A stretch of DNA of 64,000 nucleotides from Thermoanaerobaculia bacterium. GTDB taxonomy: Bacteria; Acidobacteriota; Thermoanaerobaculia; Multivoradales; DATKCC01. Positions 1 to 8,566 of this stretch are shown here, in pieces; position 1 is the stretch's first letter, and each line of letters begins with the position of its first letter. Location: NCBI GenBank assembly GCA_033762835.1, contig JANRLG010000160.1:224-64223 (forward strand), in the 5' to 3' direction. Below the pieces are notes generated by a model, which saw only the letters and a list, made by a program, of their open reading frames with translations, searched no databases and was not told the DNA's origin. The position numbers and the translations under genes were made by a program.

Positions 1-1160
1 GGCCAGCAGTTTCGCGAGACGGTCCATCTTCGGTAGCGCCTCGGGGGCCACCTTGGAAGCGAAACGCCAGACTTTGCCGTCCCCAAAATCCGCCTCGGTG
101 GCGAGCACATGGCGATCGAGTTCGGCGGCGTGGGTGCGGGCGTACTCGCGGCCACCCGAGAGGCCGAACTCTTCGTTGGCGAAGAGCACCACCCGCACGG
201 TTCGCCGCGGGCGTTCCGGCAAGGCGGCGATCCGGCGCGCCGCGGAAATCACGATGGCCACGCCCGCGCCGTCGTCGATGGCGCCCGTGCCGAGATCCCA
301 GGAATCGAGGTGGGCTCCGAGCAGCACGATCTCCTCCGGCCGCTCGCGCCCCCGAATCTCCCCGATGACGTTGGCGGACGTCGCATCGGGCAGCCAGCGG
401 CTCTCGAGGGTCAGGCGCATCGTGACGGGTTGACCAAGGGCGATCTGGCCGGCCAGCAGGTCGGCGTCAGGCACGGCCAAGGCCGCGGCGGGGATCTTGG
501 GGACGCCCTCTTCGTAGCGCATGGCTCCGGTGTGGGGAAACCGGTGGTTGCCGGTGCCCGCGGAACGCATCACGAACCCCACGGCGCCCCGTTTGGCCGC
601 TTCGGAGGCGCCGCGCCCGCGCGCCGCCACCACCGGGCCGTAGCCGGAGCCATCCCGTTTGCGCTCCATCACCCGGTCGACGAACACGATGCGGCCGCGC
701 GCGGCGTCCCCCGGCAGGGCCAGGAGCTCGTCGAGCGAGGCCACTCGCAGCACCTCGGCCACCAGGCCGCCCGGGGGCGTGGCGACGCTGCCGCCCAGGG
801 CGGTCAAGTGCAGCGGTTGCGGGTAAGGCGCCAGGATCTCGCCGGATTCGACCCCGCGTTCCCAGTGCGGCACGGTGACCGGCTCGGAGCGCACGTTCTC
901 GAAGCCCAGCTCGCGCAGTTTGGCTTCGGCCCAGGCGACGGCTCGGGCGTCGCCCGCGGAGCCTGCCAGGCGCGGGCCGGCGACGAGCGACAGCGAGCGC
1001 ACGAGCTCGGCCGCCTCCTGCGCGGCGGCCTCGGTCTGCGCCGCGGCCGCGAGGTGTTGGGCGATCGCGAAGTCCGCGGCCGCTTCCGGGGGAGCCGCCG
1101 AAAGCTTGCAGGCGGCCGCGAGAAGAGTCAGGAGCGAGACGGTGGCGACGGTGGTCTTCA
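1..1160 (-). CDS. M28-family zinc peptidase (aminopeptidase-like), secreted; C-terminus runs off the window start
   Basis: Minus-strand translation from the ATG at 1160..1158 gives MKTTVATVSLLTLLAAACKL, a signal peptide. Downstream is the HLDSWDLGTGAIDDGAGVAIV metal-binding motif typical of M28 peptidases. The frame stays open to position 1. It is not in the ORF track because no stop lies inside the window. Confidence 0.75.
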
Positions 1161-1271
1161 TGGTTCTCCTTCGAATTCGTCGCGATCGAGTCCCGAGCGG
1201 GTTGACCTCGGTTCGCGGGGGCGCTATCCTTCCCGCCTTCCCGCCGGAACCCAGGTTCCGGACCCACCCAT

Positions 1272-1348
<77 letters not shown>

Positions 1349-1354
1349 TCTTCC

Positions 1355-2587
1355 TCAGCGGTGGGTCGCCCACACCAACCCGGACAACACCTTCGGCAAG
1401 AACCGCGTCGACTTCGGCGGCAGTAGATCGCCGTGGGCGATGGCGGCACCAAACTGCGCTGGGTCCATGGGCGGCAACCAAATGCCGACGCCGACCTCAC
1501 CGCGCTCGACCATTCCCCACAGCACTTCCGGGTCCGACCGGTAGATCACCGTGCCGTCCGTGGCGGTCTCCGGGCCGTGGCCCATGGCCGGCAGGAGCAC
1601 GCCGTGAAGGAGCGCCACGGGCAGATCCCGCGCACCTTCGGACAGGTGCGCGTGGGTGGTGGTCGTGGCCGGAGTCAAACGCCAGATCTCCGGCTTGCCA
1701 CCCGCGCGGAACACGCCGATCGCGGGCTGCGGTGCCGCCGCCACGGCGTCGGCGAATGCCCAGCCGGAGTTGGCGGTGGATTCGTAGCGCTCCGCGGCCA
1801 GGGCCGCCGCCTTCTCGAGGTGATCGGCGGAGGTGAGGGCACGGTGGATCGGGTGGATGGCGAGAGCGGGGGAAGACAAGCTGGTGACGACGGCGAGTTT
1901 GGCCGCGGCCGGCACGTCCGTGCCGACGACGCCCAGGGCCTCGGCGTGGCGGAGCCCGACTTTGTAGCGATGATGGCCGTCGGCGATGGCCGCCGGACCG
2001 GCGAGCACCGTCTGGTAGGCCGCGATGCGCGCCGGGTCGGTGACGCGGTAGAGATCGTGGTCGTGGCCGAACTCGTCCCGCGAGGTCACCACGGGCGTGG
2101 CCCCCGCGATGTCCCGCTCGATCTCCCGGTCGAGCGCCCCGCCGTCTTCCGAGAGCAAGAGCGCCGGCTCGAGGTCGACGTCCATGGCTTCGAGCAGCGC
2201 CAGACGGTCCGCCAGGGGCTTCGCCAAGGTCTCTTCATGGGGGCGGATGCCCTTGGTTTCGGGCGGCTCGAGCCCCGCGAGCACCATGACCCCCAACCGC
2301 CGGCCGCCCTCGGCCAGGCGGATCACGTAGGGATAAAGGGCCGGTTCGGCATCCTGAGCGAGTACCCCGGACGCGAGCCAAGCCTGATGCACCCGATCCG
2401 CCTCGGCATAGATCGAGGGGCTCTCCCCCTGGACCGGCTTCGAGAGCCAAGCGAAATGGTGCGGGTCCTGCGCCTGGAGCGTCGCCGCCAAGGCGTCACC
2501 GATCTGGTCGTAAGGCTGAGCCGCCAAAGCTCCCGGGTTCGAAACCGCGGGGCCATAAAGAATGCCGGGGAAAGCGTACACGCGCAT
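1355..2587 (-). CDS. DUF1015 family protein
   Basis: A 410-aa ORF. The N-terminus MRVYAFPGILYGP...AAQPYDQI matches the conserved DUF1015 N-terminal pattern, where Pro-Phe and PYD are conserved. An AAGGAG Shine-Dalgarno motif lies 10 nt upstream of the ATG. Confidence 0.6.
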   Translation of the reverse strand: MRVYAFPGILYGPAVSNPGALAAQPYDQIGDALAATLQAQDPHHFAWLSKPVQGESPSIYAEADRVHQAWLASGVLAQDAEPALYPYVIRLAEGGRRLGVMVLAGLEPPETKGIRPHEETLAKPLADRLALLEAMDVDLEPALLLSEDGGALDREIERDIAGATPVVTSRDEFGHDHDLYRVTDPARIAAYQTVLAGPAAIADGHHRYKVGLRHAEALGVVGTDVPAAAKLAVVTSLSSPALAIHPIHRALTSADHLEKAAALAAERYESTANSGWAFADAVAAAPQPAIGVFRAGGKPEIWRLTPATTTTHAHLSEGARDLPVALLHGVLLPAMGHGPETATDGTVIYRSDPEVLWGMVERGEVGVGIWLPPMDPAQFGAAIAHGDLLPPKSTRFLPKVLSGLVWATHR

Positions 2588-2815
2588 GGGCGGAGGTCTC
2601 CTTGGGTGGTGAGGGCAGGGAGTTTAGCGGAATGGGGACCGCATGTTAGCCTTCGGCCCATGCGAGTCATCGAAGCCCACCTGCACCCTCGTCCGGACCC
2701 GAAGCGTTGGGACCTGGCTCGGCTGGCGCAGTCGGGGAAGACAGAGGATCTCGATCTGGCACGCCGAGGATTGGGGGACTGGGCGGAGGCGCTCGACCGA
2801 ATGCCGGTCACACCA

Positions 2816-3004
2816 CTAAAGGACTAGAACTTCCTCGGGAGCCCGAACGAGGCGGTCCGAATGCTTCTTTTGCTCGTCCATCAGGTGAGCTACCAGCCGG
2901 TAAGGATCATGGTCGAATCGCTCGGAGATCTGGTGCCGAGCCTCTCGGATCGCGGCGATTTCGTCGTCGATTTGGGAAAGCCGAGTGTCAAGGGGCTGGT
3001 TCAT
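2816..3004 (-). CDS. small hypothetical protein (62 aa), possible partner of the upstream PIN-like protein
   Basis: An ORF overlapping the 3' end of the 166-aa PIN-like gene by 17 nt. It is helical and charged. No family was recognised. Confidence 0.35.
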   Translation of the reverse strand: MNQPLDTRLSQIDDEIAAIREARHQISERFDHDPYRLVAHLMDEQKKHSDRLVRAPEEVLVL

Positions 3005-3488
3005 CGTTGCCTCCGAGGAGCTCCAGGGGAGTTGTCAAGACGGGGACTGTCAAACCCAGGACTCCGTTCACTCTCCGAATATGCCCGAACTTGTTGGCAT
3101 TGGCTAGGTGGAGGCAGTTCCAGGTCGCCAAGAAATCGCACCGATGGAACGAGGCCAGGGCGAGGTGCAGTGCATCACCAGCCGGGTCGGAAGGCATCAG
3201 CCGGTGACGGACGTAGGCATCGACGATTTCGGCGATAGAGGGTGTGATTTCGACCAACGGAAGGCCGTCGAGAAGTCCGAGCGCCTCTTCTCGGCTTGGG
3301 TAGGAGCCAGCGCGGAGTTCCGCCAAAACCGCCTCACTGGTCACCAATTCGTACCTGCCCTGAGCCTCCGCCCACCAGTGGCGCGTCCAAGCGCGTCGAG
3401 CCTGCGAGGCCGCACCTTCGCGGGTCGTGAAGTAGAAGCTTGGGATCGAGGTTTCGACATAGACCCTTGCCTTGAACATCTTGAACAT
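2988..3488 (-). CDS. PIN-like domain protein
   Basis: A 166-aa ORF. It has an acidic-residue pattern consistent with the PIN fold: VYVETS near the N-terminus, EAVLAEL, GDALHLALA and RCDFLATWN. The exact family is unknown. Confidence 0.45.
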   Translation of the reverse strand: MFKMFKARVYVETSIPSFYFTTREGAASQARRAWTRHWWAEAQGRYELVTSEAVLAELRAGSYPSREEALGLLDGLPLVEITPSIAEIVDAYVRHRLMPSDPAGDALHLALASFHRCDFLATWNCLHLANANKFGHIRRVNGVLGLTVPVLTTPLELLGGNDEPAP

Positions 3489-3512
3489 CGCCGGAGGATA
3501 ACAAACCCCCCG

Positions 3513-4214
3513 TCACACCTCCCGCCCCACCCATCCCGCCTTCGCCATCCGGCCCACGAGCATCCGCACTCGCCGCTGATAACCCTTGCGCGTCGAGCCG
3601 GGGTGCCAGTCGTCGGGGTTGGGGAGGCTGGCGGCGAGTTGGGCGGCTTCGAGCTCGGTCAGGTTGGCGGCGGGTTTGCCGAAGTACTTGCGGCTGGCGG
3701 CCTCGGCGCCGTAGAGGCCGGTGCCGAACTCGGCGACGTTCAGGTAGATCTCGAGGATGCGGCGCTTTTCGAGGTGTTTTTCGAGTTGGCGGGTCAGCAT
3801 CGCCTCCTTGACCTTGCGCCACGGGTTGCGCGAGGGCGACAACCACAGGTTCTTGGCGAGCTGCTGGGTGATCGTCGAGGCACCGCGCGGCGCGCGGCCT
3901 TCTTCCTTGGCCTCGGCCCAGGCCTTTTTCATCTCCGCGACGTCGAAACCCTGGTGGGAGAAGAAGTTGATGTCTTCCCCCACGACCACCGCCCGTTTCA
4001 AGTTCGACGAGATGCGCGCGTAGGGCACCCACGTCCTCACCGCCTTCTTGCCCGACTGCCGCTCGAACCGCGCGATGAACGCCGAGGACTTTGGGTTTTC
4101 CGTCGCGAGCGCCGCGACGTCCGGCCAAGTGAGCCATTGATACAGGGCGACGAGCGCGAGCAGGGCGAGGCCGCCGAGGGCGAGGCGCAGGGACCAGCGG
4201 AGGAAGGAGCGCAC
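3513..4214 (-). CDS. mtgA: monofunctional biosynthetic peptidoglycan transglycosylase
   Basis: A 233-aa protein with an N-terminal membrane anchor. It carries the GT51 motifs EDINFFSHQGFD, RGASTITQQLAKNL and RRILEIYLNVAEFG. Confidence 0.9.
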   Translation of the reverse strand: MRSFLRWSLRLALGGLALLALVALYQWLTWPDVAALATENPKSSAFIARFERQSGKKAVRTWVPYARISSNLKRAVVVGEDINFFSHQGFDVAEMKKAWAEAKEEGRAPRGASTITQQLAKNLWLSPSRNPWRKVKEAMLTRQLEKHLEKRRILEIYLNVAEFGTGLYGAEAASRKYFGKPAANLTELEAAQLAASLPNPDDWHPGSTRKGYQRRVRMLVGRMAKAGWVGREV

Positions 4215-4287
4215 GGGAGAACTTTACTCGGGGCCCGGCCGTCTCGGGTGGGTGGTGTCTACCACGCGCTGCTAGACTGCCCTCGCC

Positions 4288-5565
4288 ATGGCCACCCCAC
4301 CCCGCGCCCGCATCCTCGTTCTGGGCGGCGGTTTCGGGGGGTTGTTCTTCGTCAAGGCGCTCCGGGCGAAACACAACGACATCGTGCTGGTCGACCGCCA
4401 GAACCACCACCTGTTCCAGCCACTTCTTTACCAAGTCGCCACCGCCGGCCTCGCGGCGCCGCAGATCGCCCAGCCGATCCGCCAGATCCTCTCCGGTCGC
4501 AAGAACCTCCGCGTGCTGCTCGGGGAGGTCGAAGCGGTCGACTTGAAATCGCGGACGGTCCGGCTCGCCGGGCGGTCCGAGCCACTGACCTACGACTACC
4601 TGGTCTACGGTCTCGGGGTCGTCAACGACTACTTTGGGCACTCGGAATGGGCGCGCCACGCTCGGGGCATGAAGTCCCTCGAGGACGCCGCGGTGATTCG
4701 ACGGGACCTGCTGCTGGCGCTCGAAGCCGCGGAATCGAGTGAAGACCCGGACCAGGTCCGGCGCCTGCTGACCGTGGTGGTGATCGGCGGCGGCCCCACG
4801 GGCGTCGAGCTCGCCGGGGCCATCGCGGACCTCGTTCGCCACGCCCGGCGGGACTTCACGCGCGTCGAGCTCGGGGTGACTCGGGTCGTGCTGGTGGAGA
4901 AGGGGCCGCGGCTGCTCGCTCACCTTCCGGAAGACTTGTCGGCCTCCGCGGAGCGCCAGCTCGCGAGCCTGGGCGTCGAGGTACGCACGAACGTCGGCGT
5001 TGCCGACATCACGGCCGGGCGCGTCCAGCTCGATGACGGCACCGAGCTGCTCGCTGAAACCATCCTGTGGGCCGCGGGGGTGCGTGCGGCGCCGTCCACG
5101 GTGGGGCTCGGCGTGCCGCTGGACCGCGCGGGGCGGCTCGAAGTCCTGCCGGACCTGAGCTTGCCCGGCCATCCCGAGGCCTTCGCCGTTGGCGACGCGG
5201 TGAGCCTGGTGGACCCGCGGGGCGTGCGCGTGCCGGGCGTGTCCCCGGCCGCCATGCAGATGGGCGCCTTCGTGGCGCGGGAGATCAGCGCCCGGGTGGC
5301 CGGCGCGGCGCCGTCGGGCCGGGCCTTCGTCTATCGCGACAAAGGCTCCATGGCGACCATCGGCAGGAAGTCCGCCGTGGCCCACCTGGCAGGAATGAAG
5401 CTCTCCGGCTTCCCGGCGTGGATCACCTGGCTGGTCGTCCACCTGCTCTTCCTCATCGGCTTCCGCAACAAGCTGCAAGTGGTGGTCAACTGGATCTCCT
5501 CCTACCTGTTCTACCGCCCCGGGGCGCGCGTGGTCAGCACGCCCGAGCCGCCCCCGCTTTCCTGA
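4288..5565 (+). CDS. ndh: type II NADH:quinone oxidoreductase (NDH-2), FAD-dependent
   Basis: It has an N-terminal GGGFGG dinucleotide-binding motif and a second VVIGGGPTGVELAG Rossmann motif. Its length of 425 aa and the C-terminal membrane-associated helix are typical of NDH-2. Confidence 0.85.
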   Translation: MATPPRARILVLGGGFGGLFFVKALRAKHNDIVLVDRQNHHLFQPLLYQVATAGLAAPQIAQPIRQILSGRKNLRVLLGEVEAVDLKSRTVRLAGRSEPLTYDYLVYGLGVVNDYFGHSEWARHARGMKSLEDAAVIRRDLLLALEAAESSEDPDQVRRLLTVVVIGGGPTGVELAGAIADLVRHARRDFTRVELGVTRVVLVEKGPRLLAHLPEDLSASAERQLASLGVEVRTNVGVADITAGRVQLDDGTELLAETILWAAGVRAAPSTVGLGVPLDRAGRLEVLPDLSLPGHPEAFAVGDAVSLVDPRGVRVPGVSPAAMQMGAFVAREISARVAGAAPSGRAFVYRDKGSMATIGRKSAVAHLAGMKLSGFPAWITWLVVHLLFLIGFRNKLQVVVNWISSYLFYRPGARVVSTPEPPPLS

Positions 5566-5646
5566 TCCCTCCTGATCCCATCTGGGCCGACTTTCCGCGT
5601 TGTGGCCGGGCATCACACGGATGCCCGACGATAGGAGGAAGTCGAC

Positions 5647-7641
5647 ATGCGAACTCGCGGATTCTTGGGACTTTGGGCCGTCGGCCTATTGCTTGGCGGC
5701 GCGCCCGCGTGGGCCGGCTCGTCGGTGGACGAGGGCACGGTGGTGCTCGAACAAGGGGAAGGCTGGAGCCTGGTCCAGACCAGCGGCTACGCCGAGGACG
5801 ACGGCGGCCAGTACTTCAACCAGAGGCTCTACCTGGCCCAGGGCCAAGCCGGAGCCAGCGGCCTGCCGCTCACGGGCGGGCTCTACGAGAACGTCATCGG
5901 GGACGCCAAGGGCGAAGCCACCACCTTCATTCTCGACCAGACGATCGTCCAGGAGTTGGCCCAGGCCGAGAGCCAGGGTTACTTGACGCCGTATCTGTTG
6001 TCGATCGCCGAACCCGAGGACCCGGAGGAAGGCGGCTGGGAGCCGTCTCTCGAGGCCGCCGACCCCCAGGGTCGCCTGTTCGGGCGCTGCAAGAACAAAG
6101 AGGTCCGCAAGAGCAAGACGATCAATCTCGCTCAGCCGCTCAACCTGTGGAGTCAGGACTTCGGCGGCGGCTTTTCGGGCAGTCTCGACTTGACCGGCAA
6201 CGCCACCGGTTCGGCTACCGGCGAGATCGTGGTGGAGTTGAAGCGCTACGCCGTCTTCGGCGTGTGCATTCCCTACGGCGTCAAGTTCAATCACGTGCGC
6301 GCCTACGGCCAGCTTTCGGCCTTGGCGGGCGCGACGTTGACCGGCACCGTGGCCTACTCCAAGAGCTGGGAGTGGCCGATCGCCAAGCCGCACCTGTTCT
6401 CGTTCACCTTTTTGATCGGCCCCGTGCCGGTGCACATCGGCGTCAACCTGCCGATCACCGCCGGGCTCGATCTCAACGCCAGCATCAGCGGCCAAATCGG
6501 TTACGGCAGCAACTACTCGGCGCAAGGCAGCTTCGACTACACCTGTACGTTCGACGGCTGCTCGGGCGGCAACACGTTCATTCAGAACGGCGGCAACGGC
6601 TCGCCGCAGTGGACCGCCGCGATCACCGGGCGCATTCAGCCCACGGTCTGGGCGCAGGTCGCGTTGCGCGCTTATCTCTACGGTGAGTGGCTGGCCTACG
6701 CCCAGGTCGGCGTCCGCCCGCGGCTCCACGGCGACCTGTGGGGCTACTACGGCAACAACTGCGGCGACGCCGACGGCGACGGCCGTTTCGAAACGGTCGA
6801 CGCGCTGACCTTCGATCTCGATTGGGACTTGCGGATCACCGCCCAGGCCAAGGCGTTGTGGTGGGACCCGCGCAACTGGGATCTCGGCGGCATCGAACGC
6901 CGTCACATCGGCTTCTGGGATCTGCTCGAGCATTCGACCGCCCTCGATCCGATGCTCGCCGGCAACACCCCGGTCCCGGCCGGCACGTCCCAGCGCTACG
7001 ACGCCCGGATGCGGCCCTGCTGGCCCTACGGCGAGGACGTTACCTACGACCTCAACTACGGCGACGGCTCGAACGTCGGCCTCGCCGGCAACCCCCGGTT
7101 CTGGGTCTCCGCCAACAAGACTTGGCCGGCCCCGGGCTCGCAGAATCTCGTCCTGACGGCCCTACGCGACGCCCACGGCCGCATCCTGAACTCGCAGACC
7201 GGCCGCACGATCGAGGTCACCTCGGCGTCCCGCCGGGGAATGACCTGGGCGAAGGTCGGGCACGACTTCGCGACCGGCACGGACAAGTTCAATTGCGCCA
7301 ACTGCAACCCCTACACGGGCGACGCCCTGTGCACCGAAATTCGGCCGATCCTCTGCCTGCGCCCCGACGGCTCCCCCAATCCGGGCCTGCCGGTGAACTT
7401 CTATGACGGCTGGATCGGCGGCAACGTCGGCCTGTCGACCCCGGTGCGCGGCAACCAACTGCTCTCCGCCGCCAACGCCGACGCCCTGTGCGCCGCGGAC
7501 TTCGGTCCGGGTTGGGTGATGGCGCCGTTCCACCATGCGACCGGCGGCTGGGGCTGGTCGTCCCGCGGCAACGTCACCGCCCTGCAAAGCGACCGCTTCT
7601 GGGTGCGCATCGACAACCAACCGGCCAACTGCTGGAACTGA
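5647..7641 (+). CDS. secreted hypothetical protein with a C-terminal Cys-rich ~150-aa domain
   Basis: A signal peptide, MRTRGFLGLWAVGLLLGGAPAWA, and an AGGAGG RBS. The C-terminal ~150 aa (WAKVGHD...CANCNPYTGDALC...ANCWN) are paralogous to the whole of the next gene. Confidence 0.7.
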   Translation: MRTRGFLGLWAVGLLLGGAPAWAGSSVDEGTVVLEQGEGWSLVQTSGYAEDDGGQYFNQRLYLAQGQAGASGLPLTGGLYENVIGDAKGEATTFILDQTIVQELAQAESQGYLTPYLLSIAEPEDPEEGGWEPSLEAADPQGRLFGRCKNKEVRKSKTINLAQPLNLWSQDFGGGFSGSLDLTGNATGSATGEIVVELKRYAVFGVCIPYGVKFNHVRAYGQLSALAGATLTGTVAYSKSWEWPIAKPHLFSFTFLIGPVPVHIGVNLPITAGLDLNASISGQIGYGSNYSAQGSFDYTCTFDGCSGGNTFIQNGGNGSPQWTAAITGRIQPTVWAQVALRAYLYGEWLAYAQVGVRPRLHGDLWGYYGNNCGDADGDGRFETVDALTFDLDWDLRITAQAKALWWDPRNWDLGGIERRHIGFWDLLEHSTALDPMLAGNTPVPAGTSQRYDARMRPCWPYGEDVTYDLNYGDGSNVGLAGNPRFWVSANKTWPAPGSQNLVLTALRDAHGRILNSQTGRTIEVTSASRRGMTWAKVGHDFATGTDKFNCANCNPYTGDALCTEIRPILCLRPDGSPNPGLPVNFYDGWIGGNVGLSTPVRGNQLLSAANADALCAADFGPGWVMAPFHHATGGWGWSSRGNVTALQSDRFWVRIDNQPANCWN

Positions 7642-7656
7642 CGAGGAAAGATCACC

Positions 7657-8133
7657 ATGAACATCAAGAGTCTCAGTCTTCTGCTCGTCACCCTCGGCCT
7701 CGTGGCCGGCGCCGCCGAGGCGCAGGTCCGTAGTGGCCTCACTTGGGGCAAGGTCGGGCACGACGCGACGTTTTCGACCGACACGGTGGCGTGCAACGGC
7801 TGCAACGCCTACCAAGGGGACACGAGCTGCGCCGTGGCCCTGCCCATCCTCTGCCTCTACGCCGACGGCGCCCCCAACCCGGGCGTCACCACCAACTTCT
7901 CGAACGGCTGGGCCCGCGGCTTCGTCCACCTGACCGCCCCAATCCCCGGCGTCGCCCTCGGCAGCCTCGCCAACGCCAACGCGATCTGCGCCGCCCGCTT
8001 CGGCCCCAACTACCGCATGGCCGAATTCCACGACGGCGCCGGCGGCTGGGGCTGGCAGGCCTACGGCAACATCGACCCCGCGACGCGCTTCTGGGTCCAC
8101 ATCAACGACCAGAGCGCGAACTGCTGGAACTAA
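7657..8133 (+). CDS. small secreted Cys-rich protein, a stand-alone copy of the upstream C-terminal domain
   Basis: A signal peptide, MNIKSLSLLLVTLGLVAGAAEA. The sequence WGKVGHD..CNGCNAYQGDTSC..LPILCL..NPG..GGWGW..FWV.IN.Q.ANCWN aligns position by position with residues ~520-664 of the 5647..7641 protein. Confidence 0.7.
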   Translation: MNIKSLSLLLVTLGLVAGAAEAQVRSGLTWGKVGHDATFSTDTVACNGCNAYQGDTSCAVALPILCLYADGAPNPGVTTNFSNGWARGFVHLTAPIPGVALGSLANANAICAARFGPNYRMAEFHDGAGGWGWQAYGNIDPATRFWVHINDQSANCWN

Positions 8134-8139
8134 GGGGAA

Positions 8140-8560
8140 GGGGACAACGAATACCCGCAAGGGATTGGGCCGCGAGGGATTCAACCGCGAGCGAATGAAT
8201 TCGCTCGCTACATTCAAACGTCCCTGACGGGACGAAAAAACGCCGATTTATCGGCGGTTAACGTCAACGATCCGTAGGGGCGGCCCCCCGTGGCCGCCCT
8301 CCCGGGTTCGATCGCAACGCCCCAGCGCGTGCCCCGCGCGCCCCGCGAGGGATTCCCCGCCCGTGCGCACGACGGTCCCCGCCGAGGGATTCCGCTGCGA
8401 GGGATCGCCCGTGCGCCCACCCCTCCGCGAGGGATTAAAATCCCTCGCTACGTCAAAACGTCCCTGACGGGACGAAAGAAACATCAATTTCTCGGCGATG
8501 ATCACCAACATTCCGTAGGGGCGCTGCTTGCTGCGCCCCTCCTCCCGTCCCGGCCTCCCT
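8140..8560. repeat. hairpin-rich intergenic element with two ~80-bp direct repeat units and repeated GAGGGATT motifs
   Basis: The unit at ~8210-8290, tcgctacattcaaacgtccctgacgggacgaaaaaacgccgatttatcggcg...ccgtaggggcggcc, recurs at ~8440-8520 as tcgctacgtcaaaacgtccctgacgggacgaaagaaacatcaatttctcggcg...ccgtaggggcgctgc. Each unit carries the hairpins CGTCCC-tgac-GGGACG and a GGGGCG...CGCCCC stem. The palindromes GCGAGCGAATgaATTCGCTCGC and GCGAGGGATTaaAATCCCTCGC are present. GC content is locally low. Confidence 0.5.
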
Positions 8561-8566
8561 CCCGAC

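Noticed and set aside
2661-2828. 55-aa plus-strand ORF MRVIEAHLHPRPDPKRWDLARLAQSGKTEDLDLARRGLGDWAEALDRMPVTPLKD
   Set aside because: It may be real as a small convergent gene next to the PIN-like pair. It has no Shine-Dalgarno motif and no recognisable family, and it lies inside a longer spurious ORF. It cannot be supported from sequence alone.
3334-5616. 760-aa minus-strand ORF and the 3108..4742 (+) ORF
   Set aside because: They overlap mtgA and ndh in the wrong frames or strand. Their composition is dominated by R, G, P and A with no motifs.
8140-8560. Possible CRISPR array in the repeat-rich intergenic region
   Set aside because: The repeats are two long (~80-bp) units plus scattered 8-mers and palindromes. 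They are not regularly spaced short direct repeats with unique spacers, and no cas genes are nearby.
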